A stretch of DNA of 64,000 nt from an uncultured Thermoplasmatales archaeon (GTDB lineage Archaea; Thermoplasmatota; E2; DHVEG-1), in assembly GCA_964638155.1 (NCBI GenBank), contig CAZWYI010000006.1, forward strand, positions 5,949 to 69,948, written 5' to 3'. This document shows positions 1 to 9,083 of the stretch, in pieces. The translations under genes and the position numbers were made by a program. The notes beneath the pieces are model-generated. The model worked only from the letters and a program-made list of their open reading frames with translations. It did not search any database and was not told the origin of the DNA. Within the stretch, counting starts at the first letter, position 1; each line of letters starts with the position of its first letter.

Positions 1-112
1 TCTATTTTTTTCATAGGAGCAGGATAAAGCAAAAACAGATATATAAAAACTATTATCTCTTAATAATCTAAACCTAAAAAAGACCTCGCTGTAATATATG
101 TTGGCGAACAAA

Positions 113-673
113 TTAATTTTGCTTTGTATAATCCCAGTTTTTATACAAATTTTTCCTATTGCCTTCTTTTTTCTTTAAATCCTTTCCACCGTTATATTGA
201 ATATCTATAATAGTTCCTTCTGAATCTCTAAGAAGTATTTTTGATTCGTCTTCTGAAAAATCAGTTGTGAAATATTTACCATTTTTAAAAATTAAGCCGT
301 TTTCAGAATTATATACTGCGTTTTCACCAAATAAAAGCTCTGTATCAACTTCTAAGATGCTGTCCATCTTCTTCATTTTATATGCATCCTCTGCCATTCC
401 TATCATAGTGCGGAAAATTCTTGTTTTTCCTTTGTCTTCCACATTTTTTATCTGATCACGAATGTTTGAAATTATAGCAGGGATCTCCTCAATTTTTGTT
501 GGAAGAAGTACTTTTTTCCAAAACCAATTATAAGTTTTACTTGCTCTTGCATTAACATGTTCAGGTGGTTTTTTAGGCCATAGTATGATTTTACCATTTA
601 AAATGCGATGTTTTTTACGCCATTCATTTCTGGCAGTGTCAAGTGCTTTTTTTCTTTCTGAAGTTTTGGAAAT
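113..673 (-). CDS. Hypothetical protein (~186 aa if it starts at ATT 673; ORF track calls only 113-442)
   Basis: Frame stays open from 113 up to TAG at 686-688; AGGAGGT (687-681) lies 7 nt before an in-frame ATT at 673; no recognisable motif. Confidence 0.55.
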   Translation of the reverse strand: MSKTSERKKALDTARNEWRKKHRILNGKIILWPKKPPEHVNARASKTYNWFWKKVLLPTKIEEIPAIISNIRDQIKNVEDKGKTRIFRTMIGMAEDAYKMKKMDSILEVDTELLFGENAVYNSENGLIFKNGKYFTTDFSEDESKILLRDSEGTIIDIQYNGGKDLKKKEGNRKNLYKNWDYTKQN

Positions 674-729
674 ATTGTATACCTCCTAAGACCAATTATA
701 GAAATATAGTACGAACTTATGAATGTTGT

Positions 730-1821
730 CTATTTTTCATCGTTTTTTGACGAATAACGGTACTCTATATTGCATGAACCCTCCATACTAACCATGCAGG
801 GACCAACCGGAGAGTCCGGGGTGCATTTTTTTCCAAATAAAGGACAATCAAAGGGTGATACAAGCCCCCTTAGTAGTTCTCCACATCTACAACCTTTTGG
901 TTCAGAAAAATCCTTATTTTTTAATTTAGAAAGAATATTTTTATATTTCTTACGTGCATCATATTTTCCGTATCTATTTTTTAGTTTAAGACCAGATTTT
1001 TTTATTACCGTAAAACCACGCCATTTCATATCGTACTCTTCAAAAACTTTGTTCATAGCTTTTTGAGCGATTTCATTTCCATTTTTGTGGACTGCTCTTT
1101 TGTATTCATTTTCAAGTTTTGGTTTATTATTTTTTATTTGTTTTACAAGCATATAAGATGCCATTAATACATCAATTGGCTCAAAACCAGCAATTACTTG
1201 TGGAACCTTATAATCTTTTGATATGAATTCGTATGGTTTTGATCCAATAATAGTTGATACATGCCCTGGTTCAATTAAACCATCTATTTTTATTTCACCC
1301 ATATCAAGGATAGTTTTCAAAGCATTTGGCATGGTTCTATGGCATGAAAGTATAGAAAAATTATCTGGAGGATTACTTAAAATTGCAGAAGCAGTAGTTG
1401 GTGCTGTTGTCTCAAAACCAACTGCCATAAAAACTACTTCTTTGTCTTTATTTTCTTCTGCTATTTTTACTGCATCTTCAATTCCATAAACTGTTCTAAC
1501 ATCGTGTCCTTCAGATTTTATATCATTTAGAGAGTCTTTTTCTCCAGGAACCCTCATCATATCTCCAAAACTTGTAACAATAATATCATTTTTTGCAAGA
1601 AGAAGCATTTCTTCTATTTCACGAGGTGTTGTAACACATACCGGACAACCCGGCCCCTGTCCAATATATATTCCAGACTCTTTTAAGAGAGAGTCTAAAC
1701 CATTTTTTACAAGTGTGTCTTGATGTGTACCACATACATGCATGAATCTAAGAGTTACATTTTCTTTTTTGATTTTGGAGGTTATTTCTTTTGCTAATTC
1801 TTTATCTTTTAAAGAAAACAA
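730..1821 (-). CDS. hypD: [NiFe]-hydrogenase maturation protein HypD
   Basis: CGTH, GPGCPVC, GFETT, PGHVS and GPCMVSxEGxC motifs; adjacent to hypC. Confidence 0.97.
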   Translation of the reverse strand: MFSLKDKELAKEITSKIKKENVTLRFMHVCGTHQDTLVKNGLDSLLKESGIYIGQGPGCPVCVTTPREIEEMLLLAKNDIIVTSFGDMMRVPGEKDSLNDIKSEGHDVRTVYGIEDAVKIAEENKDKEVVFMAVGFETTAPTTASAILSNPPDNFSILSCHRTMPNALKTILDMGEIKIDGLIEPGHVSTIIGSKPYEFISKDYKVPQVIAGFEPIDVLMASYMLVKQIKNNKPKLENEYKRAVHKNGNEIAQKAMNKVFEEYDMKWRGFTVIKKSGLKLKNRYGKYDARKKYKNILSKLKNKDFSEPKGCRCGELLRGLVSPFDCPLFGKKCTPDSPVGPCMVSMEGSCNIEYRYSSKNDEK

Positions 1822-2052
1822 TTATCTCTCCTCCATCTCCATCATTTCTTTGAAAAGAGCAAGTGTTTTTTTTGCTTCGGATTCATCTATTATTTCTATT
1901 GCAAAACCAGCATGGACTAGTACATAATCTCCTTTTTTTGGCTTTACTAGTGTAACATTTATTTTTCTTTTTGTCCCGTCTCCATAATCTACTAAAGCAT
2001 GGTTTTTATCTGAATCGATATTTATTATTTTACCAGGTATAGCTAGACACAC
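1822..2052 (-). CDS. hypC: [NiFe]-hydrogenase chaperone HypC
   Basis: N-terminal MCLAIP and VLVHAGFA motifs; 76 aa. Confidence 0.97.
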   Translation of the reverse strand: MCLAIPGKIINIDSDKNHALVDYGDGTKRKINVTLVKPKKGDYVLVHAGFAIEIIDESEAKKTLALFKEMMEMEER

Positions 2053-2172
2053 AAATCTGGTTTATAAATAACTTTGATATAAAACTAATGGATAGAATTA
2101 ATAACAAAAGCTAAATAACACCATATATTTAGCCTCTCTCAGTTTATCATATATCTATTGGGTGAAAATAGT

Positions 2173-3699
2173 ATGAAAAAATTAGAAGATACCTATTCAG
2201 TATGCCCAGCATGTAATAAGGAAGGAAAAATTGTTAAAATTCCAGCTGAAATAGTAGAAGAAAACGGTAAGGTCTATATTAAAAAGACATGCAAAGAGCA
2301 CGGGACTTTTAAAGAGATTTATTTCAGTGATGCTGATATATATAAAAAATGGATGAAATATAAGGTCATTGGTACAGATTCACCAGATGTAAAAACTAGT
2401 GTTCTTGGTTTTCCTGCTCTTTATGATATTCATAAGTCACAAAGTGTTCTAACTAATCTTCTTGTAACAAATAGATGTAACCTGCGCTGTAGCTATTGTT
2501 TTATGAATGCAGGAGCCTCAGGAATGGTCTATGAACCGTCTTTAAATCAAATAAGGGAGTTACTTATACAAGCAAGAAATGAGCGTCCATTAGGCTCTAA
2601 AGCCCTTCAAATTACAGGCGGCGAACCTACAATTCGGGAGGATCTTTTTGATATAATTGATATGGGAAAGGAACTTGGTTTTTCACATATGCAGCTTAAT
2701 ACAAATGCTTTGAAACTTGCTGATAGCGCTGAATACTGTAGAAAAATAAAAGAACACGGTGTAAACACAATTTACATGAGTTTTGATGGTGTCACAAAGG
2801 ACACAAACCCTTGGATTGATATGAATAAAAAAGCAATTGATAATATGCGAGAGGTTAATTTAAAATGTGTTTTAGTCCCTGTTTTAATCAATGGTAAAAA
2901 TCTTCATGAGACAGGTAAAATAGTTCAATTTGCACTGGATAACATGGATATAATACGTGGTGTTAATTTTCAGCCAATTAGTTTCTGCGGGAGAGTTACA
3001 AAGGTTAAAGATGAACGAAGAGACAGTCAGCGTGTTGATTATGTCACAATGATTGAAGCAATTGAAAAAGAGTTTGATAATAAGATATCTAGAGATGATT
3101 TTTATCCTGTACCATTTGTTTTTCCTATTTCAAAATTAATAGAGATGCTTAAAGGCGAAAGCCAGGTAGAGTTTACTGCTCATCCGGGTTGTGGTGGTGC
3201 AACATATGTATTTGTAGATGATAGTGGAGAACCAATTCCTGTTACTCGTTTTATAGATGTGGAAGGTTTATTTGATTTTATTGATAAAGAGAGTCAAATA
3301 AAAGGTCCGCTTAAAAAAATACGGATTGCATCTGCTTTTCTAAAACATATTGATGATTATGTTGATTATGATAAAGCACCACATGGCTTTAATCTTAAAA
3401 AACTACTTAAGGATGCAGCAATAGGTGGAAGCTATGATTCTTTACGCGGTTTTCATTACAAGAGTCTTTTTATTGGCTCTATGTGGTTCCAGGATTCATT
3501 TAATTTAAATATTGATAGGCTTAAGAGATGTGTAATTCACTATACCACGTTTGAAGGAATAATTCCATTCTGTACATATAATGGACTAGGAATTGGCGAT
3601 AAAATACGGGAGAAACATTCAACTCCTATAAAAGAATGGGAAGAAAAAACTGGTAAGAAATTAAAGGATGATCTTAGAAAAGATGTACCTTTAACCTAG
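2173..3699 (+). CDS. tes: Radical SAM protein of the MJ0619 / tetraether synthase (Tes, GDGT-MAS) family
   Basis: N-terminal CPAC...CKEHG site, CNLRCSYC, GGEP, C-terminal HPGC/RCVIHY/PFCTYN auxiliary Cys; SD GGTGA favours ATG 2173. Confidence 0.8.
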   Translation: MKKLEDTYSVCPACNKEGKIVKIPAEIVEENGKVYIKKTCKEHGTFKEIYFSDADIYKKWMKYKVIGTDSPDVKTSVLGFPALYDIHKSQSVLTNLLVTNRCNLRCSYCFMNAGASGMVYEPSLNQIRELLIQARNERPLGSKALQITGGEPTIREDLFDIIDMGKELGFSHMQLNTNALKLADSAEYCRKIKEHGVNTIYMSFDGVTKDTNPWIDMNKKAIDNMREVNLKCVLVPVLINGKNLHETGKIVQFALDNMDIIRGVNFQPISFCGRVTKVKDERRDSQRVDYVTMIEAIEKEFDNKISRDDFYPVPFVFPISKLIEMLKGESQVEFTAHPGCGGATYVFVDDSGEPIPVTRFIDVEGLFDFIDKESQIKGPLKKIRIASAFLKHIDDYVDYDKAPHGFNLKKLLKDAAIGGSYDSLRGFHYKSLFIGSMWFQDSFNLNIDRLKRCVIHYTTFEGIIPFCTYNGLGIGDKIREKHSTPIKEWEEKTGKKLKDDLRKDVPLT

Positions 3700-3705
3700 T
3701 ATCTA

Positions 3706-4233
3706 TTAAAAAAAATCTTTTAACTTATCGATCTCAGGATTAACTATCCCTTGTATTTTTGCTGGAAATATACCTTCTATCAAGGTTACCTCTGTTAAAA
3801 CTTTTTTATATCTTTCTCTAAAAAGTTCACTTACTTTTTTTGCTTGTGTGATATCTGGAGCGGTAAAAATAATAAGCCAATCATAGGGACCATGGATAAA
3901 CATACTTGTAATCATCTCACAGCCAATATTTTTTATGTGGTCATCTATCTCTCGAGAGGTAATATTTTCTATTATAGACGGTTTTACAGGTACTGGTGAT
4001 CTTTTTAAAAGTAAAACATAGGTATTTAGATCATTTTTTTCTTCATCTATAACTGCACTATATCCCCAGATATTATTATTTTTTTCAAGTCTTTTAATAA
4101 TTCTCCATACCTTCTGTCTGGAGAAACCACATTTTTTAGCTATTTCATTTATACTTTTATTAGAGTTTTTCTTAAGTTCTTCAATAACCTTTTTTTCATC
4201 AATATCTATTTGTTTTTTACTATTTTTAGGCAT
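3706..4233 (-). CDS. Lrp/AsnC-family transcriptional regulator
   Basis: N-terminal HTH (SINEIAKKCGFSRQKVWRIIKRLE) plus RAM-like domain (HGPYDW). Confidence 0.88.
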   Translation of the reverse strand: MPKNSKKQIDIDEKKVIEELKKNSNKSINEIAKKCGFSRQKVWRIIKRLEKNNNIWGYSAVIDEEKNDLNTYVLLLKRSPVPVKPSIIENITSREIDDHIKNIGCEMITSMFIHGPYDWLIIFTAPDITQAKKVSELFRERYKKVLTEVTLIEGIFPAKIQGIVNPEIDKLKDFF

Positions 4234-4339
4234 TTAAAATACACCTTAATTATATTCTAATATATTTACTCATATAAATACTAGTCAGTTCTTTTTATTT
4301 ATCCTTTTACATCATTTTTCTTATTATCATAAATAAGTT

Positions 4340-4753
4340 TCATTCAATGATTTTGTAAGAATAATCAATTTTTACTCCTGCTTTTGATAGCATAGCAGCA
4401 ACTGGACAGTATTTATTCTGCGAGAGTTCAATTGCTTTTTTTACTTGTTTTTTACTTATTTTTCCATAGAAAATATATTCTAGATTTATTTTTGTAAAAA
4501 CCTTCGGATGTTCTTTTTGTTTTTCTCCTATAATATTTATTTCCATTTTTTCATATTCTGCACGTTTTTTCTTTAATATAGATGCAACGTCACTTCCGGT
4601 ACAACTACCAAGTGAAATTAAAATAAGTTCCATAGGTCGAGAAGCTGCTTCAGCGCCTCCAAATTTTTCTGGGCCATCTATTGTTATCCAGTGATTAGTG
4701 TCTCCTTTTCCTACAAATGTTAAGCCTTCAACTTGTTTGATTTTTACTTCCAT
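4340..4753 (-). CDS. OsmC/YhfA-family protein
   Basis: RPMEL..LGSC and KYCPV conserved cysteines; likely ATG at 4753. Confidence 0.88.
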   Translation of the reverse strand: MEVKIKQVEGLTFVGKGDTNHWITIDGPEKFGGAEAASRPMELILISLGSCTGSDVASILKKKRAEYEKMEINIIGEKQKEHPKVFTKINLEYIFYGKISKKQVKKAIELSQNKYCPVAAMLSKAGVKIDYSYKIIE

Positions 4754-4774
4754 GAAAGATTGAAACAATAAAAC

Positions 4775-5425
4775 CTATATTTCAATCTTTCTTCCTACTC
4801 CGCCTGAGATAAAAGATTCTGAATATAGTTTTTTAATTTCTTTTATATGTTTTGTACAATGTGTAGGACATATTAGTTCCATATTTTTTAAAATAGAAAA
4901 TTCATTAAAACCATGAAGTCCTCCAATTATTCCTCTAATCTCTCCATATTCTTTAGCTTTATTTAATATATTTTTTACACCGTTATGTGAGCATCCAGCA
5001 AGGACAAACCAACCGTTTTTTCCTTTTAATATAAGGGATTGTTCATCCACTGGAGTTCCTGGCATTTTGCCAGTTGAATAGATCTTTTCAGAAATCTTGA
5101 TAGGATCCGTAACAGATACAAAAGAATTTTTTTCTGTTTTAGTTTCGTTGAATCTATAGATAGTAGTACCCTTTTTTAGAAAAGCAATAAGACCTTTTAA
5201 TCCGCCGTTATGATCCCCGTGCTCATGAGATATAACAATCTTTGAGATTGTTTTTGGGTCAATCTCAAGGATTTTCATATTATTAGTTAGAATATCACTT
5301 TTACCTCCTGTATCAAACAGTATGGTCTCTTCGTCTGTTTTTATAATACAAGAAAATCCCCAATCTGATTTAAGATTTAGATTTTTGTTATGAACTTTAT
5401 TGTCATATACTATGATCAATTTCAT
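4775..5425 (-). CDS. Metallo-beta-lactamase-fold hydrolase (COG1237-like)
   Basis: WGFS, LFDTG, SHEHGDH, GCSH, GGLH, PTHCT motifs. Confidence 0.85.
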   Translation of the reverse strand: MKLIIVYDNKVHNKNLNLKSDWGFSCIIKTDEETILFDTGGKSDILTNNMKILEIDPKTISKIVISHEHGDHNGGLKGLIAFLKKGTTIYRFNETKTEKNSFVSVTDPIKISEKIYSTGKMPGTPVDEQSLILKGKNGWFVLAGCSHNGVKNILNKAKEYGEIRGIIGGLHGFNEFSILKNMELICPTHCTKHIKEIKKLYSESFISGGVGRKIEI

Positions 5426-5427
5426 GT

Positions 5428-6138
5428 TTATTCTCCTATATTTTCTATTTTTTTTAAGGCAAATTTAACTGCAGCTTTTGCATGTATATTTATTGTATCA
5501 AAAATTGGAATATCAACATCTTCTTGTTTTATTAATAAAGGAATCTCTGTACATCCTAAAATTATTCCTTGAGCATTTTTTGATATTAGTTTTTCTATTA
5601 TTTTTTTGAATTTTTGTTTTGATTTTTCTTTTATGATTTCGTTGGATAATTCATTAAAAATTATATTTTCTATTAGTTCTTGGTCTTTTTTTTCTGGTAC
5701 TATTACTTCAATATTATATTTTTCTTTTATTCTTTTTTTGATGAAATCTTCGTTCATTGTATATTTTGTTCCGAGAAGCCCCACTTTTTTTAGATTTTTT
5801 TCTTTTATCTTTTCTGCTGTTGCATCTGCTATATGTATAAGAGGAATTTTTATGTTCTCTATTATTTTATCTGCAATTTTATGAGGAGTATTAGCACATA
5901 TTATAAGTAATTCAGCTCCAGAAATTTCTAATATATTTGCAATTTTTATAAAACGCTTTTCAATTTCTTTCCAGTTATTCCAGTTTTTAGTCATAGTTTC
6001 TTCAAAATCAATAGAATAAAGTATGCATTCTGCAGAATGGGTTTTTCCAAGCTTTTCATTTACTTCTTTATTTATTATCTTATAATATTCCTTTGTTGAT
6101 GCCCATGTAGTTCCACCTATCATACCAATTGTTTTCAT
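5428..6138 (-). CDS. Aspartate/glutamate racemase family protein
   Basis: IGMIGG, CANT and GCTE catalytic-Cys motifs. Confidence 0.92.
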   Translation of the reverse strand: MKTIGMIGGTTWASTKEYYKIINKEVNEKLGKTHSAECILYSIDFEETMTKNWNNWKEIEKRFIKIANILEISGAELLIICANTPHKIADKIIENIKIPLIHIADATAEKIKEKNLKKVGLLGTKYTMNEDFIKKRIKEKYNIEVIVPEKKDQELIENIIFNELSNEIIKEKSKQKFKKIIEKLISKNAQGIILGCTEIPLLIKQEDVDIPIFDTINIHAKAAVKFALKKIENIGE

Positions 6139-6203
6139 ATTTATTCTTCCTCAACAGAATTTCTAAAAACTATAATTATTTAAGGTTTCATAAACAATCT
6201 CTT

Positions 6204-6440
6204 TTATTTTGTTTCAAAAGAGTGCTGTTTCATATCAATCATTTTCTTTTTTTCTATTCCAAGAATATTGCCACAAATGCATTTTACCACTTTTTTATCA
6301 TGAATGCTTTCATCTTCAAGAATTCTATTTTTCCATAAATGAATTATTTTTCCTTTGCCAAATTTTATATATCGAAAAACTTTTTTCCCGCATTTGTTAC
6401 ATAAGACATCATATGTTTTTCTTCTCATAATATACATCAA
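6204..6440 (-). CDS. Small putative zinc-ribbon protein
   Basis: CNKC...YIKFGKG...CICG; directly downstream of cysteine synthase. Confidence 0.65.
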   Translation of the reverse strand: MMYIMRRKTYDVLCNKCGKKVFRYIKFGKGKIIHLWKNRILEDESIHDKKVVKCICGNILGIEKKKMIDMKQHSFETK

Positions 6441-6446
6441 TTGATA

Positions 6447-7361
6447 TTATTCTAATTTAAATAAATCTGTACTAAGATATCTATCGCCCCTATCTGGAAA
6501 AATAGTGACAATTACTCCTTTTTCTGCATTTTTTGCTGTTTCAATTGATGCAAGCATAGCTGCACCACTGCTCATTCCTGCAAAAATCCCTTCATTTTTT
6601 GCAAGTTTTCTTGTCATCTCAAATGCTTTTTCAGATTCTATCATAACTTCTATATCTATATTTGATGGATCATAAATTGATGGGACTATTGCCTCTTCCA
6701 TATTTTTTAACCCCTGGATGTAGTGTCCAGTTACCGGATGAGCACATACGATTTTTACATTTGGATTGCATTCTTTTAAATATTTTCCAACACCCATAAT
6801 TGTTCCAGAGGTTCCAATTGCTGATACAAAATAATCAATTCTACCGCGGGTTTGTTCTAGTATTTCTCCTGCTGTTGTTTCATAGTGTGCAATTTTATTA
6901 TATTTATTTGTAAATTGATCTGTGCAAAAATATTTATCAGGATGTTTTTTGAGAAGTTCATTTACTTTTAAAATAGCTCCATCTGTACCCTTTTCTGCAT
7001 CTGTGAGAATTATATCAGCACCGAATGCCTTAATTGTTTTCCTTCTTTCTTTTGATACCGCACTGCTCATAACTATTGAAACATTGTATCCTTTAATTGA
7101 ACCTATCATGGATAGAGCTATACCAGTATTTCCTGATGTTGCTTCAATAATTGTTTTATCTTTTGTTAGTTTCCCCTCAGATTCAGCTTGCTCTATCATT
7201 TTTAAAGCTATCCTATCTTTAATACTTCCCCCAGGATTATTTCCTTCAAGCTTTGCATAAATTTCAACATTAGGATTAGGATTAAGATTATTTATTTTTA
7301 CAAGAGGAGTATTTCCTATTAAATCAAGAATGTTATTTCCTACATTTTTGTTGTTTATCAT
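6447..7361 (-). CDS. cysM: Cysteine synthase (PLP-dependent, CysK/CysM family)
   Basis: IGNTPLV, NPGGSIKDR (PLP Lys), EATSGNTG, GTSGT, PDRGDRYLS. Confidence 0.92.
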   Translation of the reverse strand: MINNKNVGNNILDLIGNTPLVKINNLNPNPNVEIYAKLEGNNPGGSIKDRIALKMIEQAESEGKLTKDKTIIEATSGNTGIALSMIGSIKGYNVSIVMSSAVSKERRKTIKAFGADIILTDAEKGTDGAILKVNELLKKHPDKYFCTDQFTNKYNKIAHYETTAGEILEQTRGRIDYFVSAIGTSGTIMGVGKYLKECNPNVKIVCAHPVTGHYIQGLKNMEEAIVPSIYDPSNIDIEVMIESEKAFEMTRKLAKNEGIFAGMSSGAAMLASIETAKNAEKGVIVTIFPDRGDRYLSTDLFKLE

Positions 7362-7398
7362 TACTAACCCTCTAAAAATAATTTTTAAAAACTATTTA

Positions 7399-7454
7399 AT
7401 ACATATGAAAAAAAAGAATTAACAACAGCTACAGATTAGATTGTTCATATGTAT
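7399..7454 (-). promoter_or_regulatory. Putative attenuator: 11-bp inverted repeat enclosing the leader ORF and T8 tract
   Basis: Plus-strand ATACATATGAA (7399-7409) and TTCATATGTAT (7444-7454) are exact reverse complements; minus-strand TTCTTTTTTTT follows the leader stop. Confidence 0.6.
7419..7448 (-). CDS. Putative Cys-rich leader peptide MNNLICSCC
   Basis: ATG AAC AAT CTA ATC TGT AGC TGT TGT TAA on the minus strand, 57 nt upstream of the cysteine synthase start. Confidence 0.7.
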   Translation of the reverse strand: MNNLICSCC

Positions 7455-7495
7455 CGTTCCAGAAATAAAAATAAAAAATAGGTTCTTAAATTTTT

Positions 7496-7867
7496 TTATA
7501 GATGTTTTTTGATTATTTTTTTTATTTCACCAACAGACTTTGTACCTCTAATATTTGCAATTTCTTTTCCATTTTTAAAAAGGATAAAATTAGGTATACT
7601 CATGACCTTATATTTTTTTGCTATATCTTGATTTTTTTGTGTATTTACTTTTCCAAAAGCAACGTTTCCTTCAAATAATTTAGAGAGTCTTCTCATACGC
7701 GGACTCATTTTTCTACATGGTGCACACCACGGTGCCCAAAAATCTATAAAACACAGAGGATATTTTTCAATAAATTCATAAAAATTTTTTTCATTTAAAT
7801 TTTCAGTGTAGCTAGGCCATTTAATGTTTTCTTTGTTTTTTTCGTCCTTTTTTTTAAAAAATTTCAT
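7496..7867 (-). CDS. trxA: Thioredoxin
   Basis: DFWAPWCAPC active site, SIP cis-Pro motif. Confidence 0.93.
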   Translation of the reverse strand: MKFFKKKDEKNKENIKWPSYTENLNEKNFYEFIEKYPLCFIDFWAPWCAPCRKMSPRMRRLSKLFEGNVAFGKVNTQKNQDIAKKYKVMSIPNFILFKNGKEIANIRGTKSVGEIKKIIKKHL

Positions 7868-7871
7868 TTTA

Positions 7872-8213
7872 TCAATTTTTTATTGGTATTAGACAAAGAA
7901 ACTTAAGTATTTTAGATCCAGTATTCACAAACTGATGCCATTCCATAGGTTTTACAAAAAATACATCACCTTTTTTAAAAGGTTTTTTTGTTTCTTTGTT
8001 TCTAGCTTCACCTTTTCCTTGTAAAATAAAAACTTCATGTTCCCAGTCATGCCTGTGAAGTGGTGTATGTCCATCTGGTTTTATTTCGAAAAGACGCATT
8101 GCAAAGTTTTCTGCTCCATCTTTTTTACCTATTAACCATCGCAATTTAGTATCTTTAACTCCTTCTTCAGAAGGAGTATCAAGCTTAACATCTGTATAAT
8201 GTACATGTTTCAT
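7872..8213 (-). CDS. Cupin-domain protein
   Basis: TPLHRHDWEHE and WHQF metal motifs; SD AGGTG before ATG 8213. Confidence 0.9.
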   Translation of the reverse strand: MKHVHYTDVKLDTPSEEGVKDTKLRWLIGKKDGAENFAMRLFEIKPDGHTPLHRHDWEHEVFILQGKGEARNKETKKPFKKGDVFFVKPMEWHQFVNTGSKILKFLCLIPIKN

Positions 8214-8222
8214 AAATAACAC

Positions 8223-9083
8223 CTAGATTTTTTCTTTTATTTTATTCCACATATATTTGATTTCTTTTGAAATATTTAAATCAGGATCATATTCAATAAT
8301 ATTTTTTTCTTCGATAAGTGCTTTTGTAATATTAGTATCATATGGTATTTTTCCAACTACTTCTACATTTTTAGTTTTACAATATTTTTCAATTCGTTCA
8401 GAATTTTTTTTATTTATATCATATTTATTGATGCATAATAAAGCAGGTATATCAAAATGGTTTGCAACATCAATTATTCTTTCCATATCACTTATTCCAG
8501 AAAGAGTAGGTTCAGTAACAATTAAAACAAGATCCACACCCGTTATCGCTGAAATTACAGGACAACCTATCCCTGGTGGTCCATCAATTATTATTAAATC
8601 AAGGTTTTTTTCTTCAGCTATTTTTTTTGCATTTTCCCTAACTACTGTTACTAGTTTACCTGATGCTTCTTCAGCAGTTTTTAAAACAGCATGTGCCATA
8701 GGTCCAAAGCGTGATTCAGAAATATATGAAAAACCAGATTCTCGATCAACCATTTTTATTGCATCTACTGGACACACATATTCACATACCCCGCATCCTT
8801 CACATAATGATTTTTTAACAATTATTCTATCATCTATTGCATCAAATCTACAGTTTTCAATGCATTTTTTACATTCAATACATTTATCATTATCTATTTT
8901 AGCTAATTTTAAACCATGAAAACCCATGGTTTTTTTAATTTCAGGTCTTAAAATTAAATGTAGATCTGCTGCATCTACATCACAATCAGCAAAAACAGAA
9001 TTTTCTGCAAGGCTTGCAAAGGCACCTGTAATACTAGTTTTTCCAGTTCCTCCTTTTCCGCTAATTACTGTTAACTCTTTGAT
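8223..9083 (-). CDS. MinD-superfamily P-loop ATPase with inserted 2x[4Fe-4S] ferredoxin (COG1149), copy 2
   Basis: SGKGGTGKT, DCDVD, two CxxCxxCxxxC motifs, DGPPGIGCP; family-typical start corresponds to ATC at 9083. Confidence 0.9.
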   Translation of the reverse strand: MKELTVISGKGGTGKTSITGAFASLAENSVFADCDVDAADLHLILRPEIKKTMGFHGLKLAKIDNDKCIECKKCIENCRFDAIDDRIIVKKSLCEGCGVCEYVCPVDAIKMVDRESGFSYISESRFGPMAHAVLKTAEEASGKLVTVVRENAKKIAEEKNLDLIIIDGPPGIGCPVISAITGVDLVLIVTEPTLSGISDMERIIDVANHFDIPALLCINKYDINKKNSERIEKYCKTKNVEVVGKIPYDTNITKALIEEKNIIEYDPDLNISKEIKYMWNKIKEKI

